A stretch of DNA of 64,000 nt from Entomortierella parvispora E1425 (lineage: Eukaryota; Fungi; Mortierellomycota), in contig BQFW01000006.1 of NCBI GenBank assembly GCA_020891255.1, forward strand, positions 1,860,001 through 1,924,000, in the 5' to 3' direction. The position numbers were made by a program, and so were the translations under genes. The notes under the pieces are model-generated. The model was not told where the DNA came from. It ran no database searches and saw nothing but the letters and a program-made list of their open reading frames with translations. Positions 58,042-64,000 of the stretch are shown piece after piece. Positions within the stretch are counted from its first letter, which is position 1. Each line of letters begins with the position of its first letter.

Positions 58042-60353
58042 ATGACATCTCTTCGTTTCGGACTGGGAAGGCTGGCCAGGCATTACTCTGCCTGTGCGTC
58101 AGCTCATTCATTCTTCACGATCCCTGCTCAATCACGGTCAATTCATCTCATGCAAACTTCCAGACCATTCTCGCGTGGACCGCGGATGGTTTCGAACCAA
58201 AACAAGCATCGTATCACCATACGGTGCGCTTCGTCCTTGCCTGAACATACAAATACCCCACGGTCAACAGTGGACCGCCTCGGAAGGCTCCGAACTTTGA
58301 TGAAAAAACCCGAATATAACATTACAGCCTTGTAAGTGTGTATCTTGGTCCCCTTGATCCGAGGACTGCAGCATTTTCAAAATGGCCTTTTTCTTACCCA
58401 CATGATCTCTATCCGAACAATAGTGTTGTGCCTTCTGAAGATGCTCACCAAAGCGAGTATGTTGCAGAATGCGACGACCGCCGAGCCTATATTTCTGGAT
58501 TCACTGGATCGGCTGGTTTGGCGATTGTGTGCTCAGATAATACGGCAGCCCTCTTCACCGATGGACGGTATTTCCTACAGGCATCTCAGGAGCTGGATTC
58601 AAACTGGACATTGATGAAATCAGGGATGCCCGATGTTCCAACCTGGCAAGAGTTTTTGATCCGACTACCACCCGGTTCTAGAATCGGCATCGATCCCCTA
58701 GTCTTTACAGCGAGTAAGGAAGAACAAAACCATTTGCCATTGCCTTGCCTCATATTTTCTTCAAGGGCTGAATCCAACCGTCTATATATGTCGTTATTAA
58801 TGATCCCTTGGTTTTTTATCTTTTTTTAGCTGACGCCAGAAAACTAGAACAGGAGCTTTCAAAAGTCGGATCAAAACTAGTGCCTGTTCCTAATTTAATT
58901 GACATGATCTGGCAAGGGCGACCATCGCGCCCAGCAAAAGACCTCAGATTGATGTCTGTCAACACCACAGGAAAGAGTCATATGGACAAGATAAAAGCAC
59001 TCAGGGCCAACCTGGAGGAGAGAGGCGTGACAGGATGCGTCGTGTCGGGCCTGGATGAGGTTGCATGGTTGTTCAACATGCGGGGATCGGATGTACATTG
59101 CAATCCGGTTTTTTTCGCCTACGCTGTTGTGACCCAGGATTCAGTTTCGCTTTACTTGCAGGACAGAGCCGTCTCTGAGGCCGTGAGGGATCATCTCGGG
59201 AAAGACGTAGAGATCAAACCCTACGAAAGACTTTATGACGATCTGCGAGACATGTCTAAAAGGCTGAAGGAGACTAACCAAAAAATGCTCTTGGGAACGA
59301 GCACGAACCTTGCTTTGGCAAACGCGCTCGGAAAAGAGAACGTAGTCGAGGCGAGGTCGCCCGTCGTTGATGCAAAGGCGATCAAGAACAGGACCGAGCT
59401 GGAAGGCATTCGAAATTGTCATTTGAGGGATGCGGCGGCTGTAATTCAATATTTCGCTTGGCTCGAGGATCAACTGAAGAAGGGCGTTCATTTGGATGAA
59501 GCGGATGGTGCTGAACGCCTCGCCAAGTTCCGAGCGTGAGTGACATTTTGTTTTTTGAGTGTTTTATTGTGGCTGATAACACCGTCTGACATATATTGTG
59601 CCTGGTAGTGAGCAGACGGGATATGTCGGTCCATCCTTCGATACCATCTCATCGACAGGACCCAACGGCGCGATCATTCATTACAAGCCAGAAAAACCAG
59701 CTGCAGCCCAGATCCGCCGTGATGCCGTCTACCTGTGCGATTCTGGTGGACAATACCTTGATGGCACAACGGATATCACTCGAACCCTTCATTTCCAGCA
59801 GCCGACTGAGCATGAGAAACGATGCTTCACGCGCGTCTTGCAGGGACATATTGCCATTGACACGGCCATCTTTCCCCGGGGCACGACAGGCTATGTGCTT
59901 GATGTGCTCTCCCGGCGAGCTTTGTGGTCGGATGGATTGGATTTCCGTCATGGAACCGGACATGGTGTTGGTGCCTTCCTAAACGTCCATGAAGGACCCC
60001 ATGGATGTGGATCCAGGCCAGCCTACAACGAGGTAGCTCTGGCTCCAGGGATGACGCTGACGAACGAACCGGGTTATTACGAGGATGGAAAATTTGGGAT
60101 CCGAATCGAGAACGTCCTCCTGGTTCAAAAGAAAAAGACTCGGCATCATTTTGGTGGCAAGGATTACCTCGGATTTGAACATGTCACATTTGTGCCCATC
60201 CAGACAAAGATGATTGAGAGGCACTTACTGACTGACGCTGAGGTGGAGTGGGTCAATCAATATCACCGGGATTGCCTGGAAAAGGTGGCGCCGCTCTTGG
60301 ATAAGGGTTCGCTGGCAAGAGCATGGCTAGTGAAAGAGACAATGCCCATTTAG
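58042..60353 (+). CDS. XPNPEP1: Xaa-Pro aminopeptidase (M24B, XPNPEP1/Fra1 type) with possible mitochondrial presequence
   Basis: Exons 58042-58331, 58424-58713, 58830-59535, 59609-60353. [62 protein letters not shown]. Confidence 0.95.
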
Positions 60354-60502
60354 AAAACTGAAGTGCTCAATGCAAACAAGTCGGCCCTTCAGTCCAATGC
60401 ATGTGTATGTGTATGTGTATGTGTGTATATTATTTTTTTCATGAAATTATTGTAACTATGAATACTGTAATGCAACGGGAGGACAAAAAAAAAAAGGACT
60501 CT

Positions 60503-63500
60503 TCACATGGATCGCAACATGTCGCTCGACAATCTACGTTGTACCACTGCCAATGGTACATCTTCCTCCTCTTCTTTTTGGTGACCGCCAGCCTTGCCAT
60601 TGAGTTTTGGCTTTGTCTTGCCATGACTCTTTGAGGAGGTGGAGGGTGTTCGACGAAGATCATCGACGCTGTGCCGCGTCATGATCGGGACGCGCGCTGC
60701 GGCCGCCTTGATATGGTTCGCTGCCGATTTAGACGAAGCCGACATCATCGACGCAGTGGAAGAGGAAGAAGGGGAAGATACAGACAAAGAAGTACAGGAT
60801 GTTGAATTAGGTGGTGAAACAAGGGTGGTTGTGGTGGATACAGAGGAGGGGGTTGACGAACTGAGCGCGTTGTTCGAAACTGCGCTCATGGTCACGAACC
60901 CATCCGAGGACAAAGTCGGAGACTGAGGAGGAGAAGGAAGACCAGCCTTCGTAGATATGGATGAGACAGCTGAGGAAGAAGATGGGTTCGCTGCGAAATT
61001 TGTCCTGGATCTGTCTTCCATTGATGCACGCGAATTAGGCATAGAATGCTGCTGCTGTTGCTGCTGTTGTTGCGGGCGATAAACTTCAACGCGGGTTGGA
61101 ACCATACTGTATGCCGCTGGCGACCCATAAGAGACTGGGGGGCCGGAAACTGCAAACGAATGCTGGAGGTGGGTTGGTGGATGACTCAAGACTCGGACAT
61201 GACTGCTAGGAAACGACTGGAACGTTGGCCTTGGCATCTGTTGTAGTGAGGGTCCGGGAACCGTCGTCGCTGTCGATGTCTGCGTTGTAGCGGCTCCGGT
61301 GTTGTCCGATCGAAACAAAGGCGAGAGGGGAGGCGTCAAGAGACCAGCAGGCAAAGAGGAGCCGTTGGTCGAAGTCGGCGTCGAGGGAAGAGGCAGGGAT
61401 GGAGGGCCATGCATCTTTTTCATGGAGGACCGATAGCTTGATCCGGTATTTGGAGCTCCTGACACCCCGCCTTTGGGCATGGAAGGGTCAAAGTATTGTG
61501 TTCGTGGTGAATGTCGCATTCCATCTGTAGGACCCGGGATCATGGAAATAGCCCCGGCACTCATTCCACAATTGGGAGGACTCGTTGGTCGTTTGGGTCC
61601 AGTGTACATTTTGGACGGCAATGGGTGGGATGACACGGCAGAAGGAGTGATCGAAGGCGAAGGCTGAGGCAAAGACTTGGCGGCGGTCGAACTGACAAGT
61701 GGCTTCGTGACCAGTTCCGACTGGTTGTTCTGGACTGTTGTGAATGTCGAGGTCGCAAAACTGGGCCGGGTTCCAATCAACAATTGGTTTTGGGCAGGCC
61801 AGCCCTGGCTGTTGACATCTGGGTCTACACCCGTCATCAGGGCCAGATTTGATTGTTGCTCCTCTGTCAACATGACGGAACGAGGAGAGCCATTAGACCC
61901 CTGTTGGTACATTTGCATCTGCTGTTGATGAAGTTGAAGCAGCTGGAGCTGTTGTAGTTGCTGTTGGTGTAAAATGCCCTTACGCCCCGTTGTCCTCTTG
62001 GGGATGATCACTGTCGGTGTTGGCCTGATACGTTCGTTCGCATAGTCTGTTTCGCTCTTGTCCTCTTCAGCCTCCTCTGTAGCATCCGAAGTTCCTTCTG
62101 ATGCCTGAGAGGAGACTTTCCAGGGCATAGAGCCGTTCTTACGGTCCGGGTTGATCATTGGGTATGCAGGAATCCGCAAGAGTGGTAGCCGTTCCTTCAA
62201 GTTTGCAAGCTGAGCTCCCGTGTTCGATCCGTTGTTCACATTCTGAGCCTTGTTCAGTTGCATTCGGCTCTGAATTGAGAACACGAGCGACTTCTTTGTC
62301 TTTAGCTCCTTTCCTGTCGTTGATGCCACTGTTGCCGTGGTAGCGCTTGTTTTTGAAGTGGATCGAACAGGGACTGTGGGTCCTGCATCCATGTCGATGC
62401 CATTCTGCGACTCTTGGCTGGATGACTCCTGTTGATGCTGCTGCTGCTGCTGTTGTTGCTGCAGCTGCAGTTGCTGTTGATGTTGTGCCATGATCATGGC
62501 ATGAGCCATATCGAGTCTCGGTGGGAATTGGGCCGATGACATGGCCGTATAGAAATCTCCGATCTCGTTGCATTGTTTGTTGGTCAAGCCCCGTCTAAGT
62601 TGCAACAAGATCAAGTGAAGCAAGACTGCATGCCGAAAAGGCCTCCTCTCCCTCTCTCTCAATTTGCGCAATGTGTGGATGTAGGCAATCCTTTTTAGCG
62701 TCATGGCTCTTGGATCCACCAGGGAAGACGGACTGGACTGTGCGCCAATGGCTCCCAAGGATGCAGTCGCGGCCTTGTTAAGGTTGGCCGTCATGACCGA
62801 GGACATGGTCTCGGTTTGGTCCAAGGGCGGCGTAGTAGGTGGGGTGGTAAGCGCCGAGAATTGGAACGATCTCTCTTTCGCATTGCTTACACTACTACTA
62901 CTGCCATTTGGCAACAGCGTCATCAAATTGCTGGGGATCTTGATGCCGCTTGTACGTAGCAGTGAGGTCGAAAGAGTCGAATTCAAATTGTTCTGCACCC
63001 GTGGTATGGTGGAGAAGAACGAGGCTCCGCTGATGGGTGAGTTTTGGGAAGAGTCAGAGGAATCGCTCGAATCTGTCGATGAGTCGGAGGAATCAGAGGA
63101 AATTGAGCATGTGGACGAGGCTCTTGAGACCCTACTCTTGGCACCTAGTTGACCTCGAATCGAAGGTTCTGAGGACGAGGCAGAGGATGAAGACGAGGCG
63201 GTGGATAGTGATGAAGAAGCTGCGGACGAGGATGCAGACTGAGAGGGGGAAGGGGTTTCGGTCTTGAGGCGCAACGACGCCGGTTCCGCCTTCGACGTGG
63301 GTGGCAAAACAAGGGGGTAGGACTCGTTAAAGTCCAGGTTGAGGCTGTGCTGATCGAAATAAGATGGAGGCATCACAAAGTCGGACCCGATGCCCTTGCA
63401 CAAACTGGCAGCAAAGTCCTGGTTGCTACCTCCTTCATTCCTGGTGTTGGTCATAGACCCTGTTGTTGATTCTGATCTAGAGGATTCGATTTGCAGTGAA

Positions 63501-64000
63501 GCCAAGTAGGCGTTTTGGATGAGTGTAGCAAGCGAGGTTTCCTCCTGACCTGAAGGTGTGTCCGGATGCGTTGTCATCTCCTCCTCTTCCTCCTCCTCCT
63601 CTTCCTCGGTGCACTCCTGCTCCTGCGTTGTCATAGAAGCTGCCATCATGTCTAGGGAATCCATAAGAGATCGCGGGGCACCATTGCTTGACTGGTATAT
63701 GGTTTCTTCAGAAGAGATCTCACCACTGGGGTCGATCTTGAAAGGGTCAAAGCTGTCGGGGCCAAACATCCCATCCGTGGGACTCATCATGGGCGTAGGA
63801 ATGATTGGAATTGTCTTCTGGTGGGCTGGCAAAGTCGGATGTGTCAGTGGTGGGGATATGCTCATCTTGACCTTTGCTGCTGCTTCCGCCGCCGCCGCCG
63901 CCGCCACCCCTGATGTTCCTCCTGATCCCCCATTCCGTCCTGCCGTATCTTGGTCCGTGTTGGACCACTCATAGTCATCTTCCACATTAGAATTGGTGCT
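60503..64000 (-). CDS. Large Ser/Thr/Gln-rich, mostly disordered hypothetical protein; 5' end outside the window
   Basis: Open frame of over 1160 codons. The ORF-track start at 63985 is GTG and the frame stays open to the window edge. One ordered-looking island (LKRIAYIHTLRKLRERERRPFRHAVLLHLILLQLRRG) and a C-terminal EEEDVPLA motif. Confidence 0.75.
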   Translation of the reverse strand, partial: STNSNVEDDYEWSNTDQDTAGRNGGSGGTSGVAAAAAAEAAAKVKMSISPPLTHPTLPAHQKTIPIIPTPMMSPTDGMFGPDSFDPFKIDPSGEISSEETIYQSSNGAPRSLMDSLDMMAASMTTQEQECTEEEEEEEEEEMTTHPDTPSGQEETSLATLIQNAYLASLQIESSRSESTTGSMTNTRNEGGSNQDFAASLCKGIGSDFVMPPSYFDQHSLNLDFNESYPLVLPPTSKAEPASLRLKTETPSPSQSASSSAASSSLSTASSSSSASSSEPSIRGQLGAKSRVSRASSTCSISSDSSDSSTDSSDSSDSSQNSPISGASFFSTIPRVQNNLNSTLSTSLLRTSGIKIPSNLMTLLPNGSSSSVSNAKERSFQFSALTTPPTTPPLDQTETMSSVMTANLNKAATASLGAIGAQSSPSSLVDPRAMTLKRIAYIHTLRKLRERERRPFRHAVLLHLILLQLRRGLTNKQCNEIGDFYTAMSSAQFPPRLDMAHAMIMAQHQQQLQLQQQQQQQQHQQESSSQESQNGIDMDAGPTVPVRSTSKTSATTATVASTTGKELKTKKSLVFSIQSRMQLNKAQNVNNGSNTGAQLANLKERLPLLRIPAYPMINPDRKNGSMPWKVSSQASEGTSDATEEAEEDKSETDYANERIRPTPTVIIPKRTTGRKGILHQQQLQQLQLLQLHQQQMQMYQQGSNGSPRSVMLTEEQQSNLALMTGVDPDVNSQGWPAQNQLLIGTRPSFATSTFTTVQNNQSELVTKPLVSSTAAKSLPQPSPSITPSAVSSHPLPSKMYTGPKRPTSPPNCGMSAGAISMIPGPTDGMRHSPRTQYFDPSMPKGGVSGAPNTGSSYRSSMKKMHGPPSLPLPSTPTSTNGSSLPAGLLTPPLSPLFRSDNTGAATTQTSTATTVPGPSLQQMPRPTFQSFPSSHVRVLSHPPTHLQHSFAVSGPPVSYGSPAAYSMVPTRVEVYRPQQQQQQQQHSMPNSRASMEDRSRTNFAANPSSSSAVSSISTKAGLPSPPQSPTLSSDGFVTMSAVSNNALSSSTPSSVSTTTTLVSPPNSTSCTSLSVSSPSSSSTASMMSASSKSAANHIKAAAARVPIMTRHSVDDLRRTPSTSSKSHGKTKPKLNGKAGGHQKEEEEDVPLAVVQRRLSSDMLRSM

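Noticed and set aside
1-64000. Iron regulon cluster (SreA, Fra1-like aminopeptidase, di-iron AGMO); CRISPR arrays; rRNA
   Set aside because: The genes are far apart with no shared GATA site arrays. No repeat-spacer array or rRNA sequence was seen.

Overview
Eukaryotic, intron-rich fungal genomic DNA. GT-AG introns with CTAAC/CTGAC branch points and long poly(A/T) tracts, plus a gene set (AGMO, Rab32/38) not typical of Dikarya, point to an early-diverging fungus, most likely Mortierellaceae (inference). I can support 21 protein-coding genes, 1 pseudogene and 3 tRNA-Ile(AAT) genes. Left to right: AGMO (3' truncated), class II HMG-CoA reductase, SreA-type iron GATA factor, SAP-domain protein, two MFS paralogs, GMC oxidoreductase 1, PHO89-type phosphate symporter, secreted two-repeat protein, AMSH deubiquitinase, divergent eIF5A paralog, methylmalonate-semialdehyde dehydrogenase, GMC oxidoreductase 2, M20 peptidase 1, tRNA-Ile cluster, Cys-rich secreted peptide, M20 peptidase 2 (inverted), LEUNIG-like LUFS-polyQ-WD40 protein, Rab32/38, membrane-anchored hypothetical protein, SERHL-like hydrolase pseudogene, Xaa-Pro aminopeptidase and a large low-complexity protein (5' truncated). 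Best leads: (1) a spliced, soluble, bacterial-type class II HMG-CoA reductase; (2) a full plant-LEUNIG domain architecture in a fungus; (3) a 1.66-kb structure whose ~256-bp near-identical inverted arms each carry an intact tRNA-Ile gene, inside an inverted M20-peptidase duplication; (4) an MMSDH-GMC-M20 run that may be a beta-alanine/3-hydroxypropionate catabolic cluster; (5) an eIF5A paralog with a remodelled hypusine loop. All family assignments come from motif recognition by eye, not database searches.
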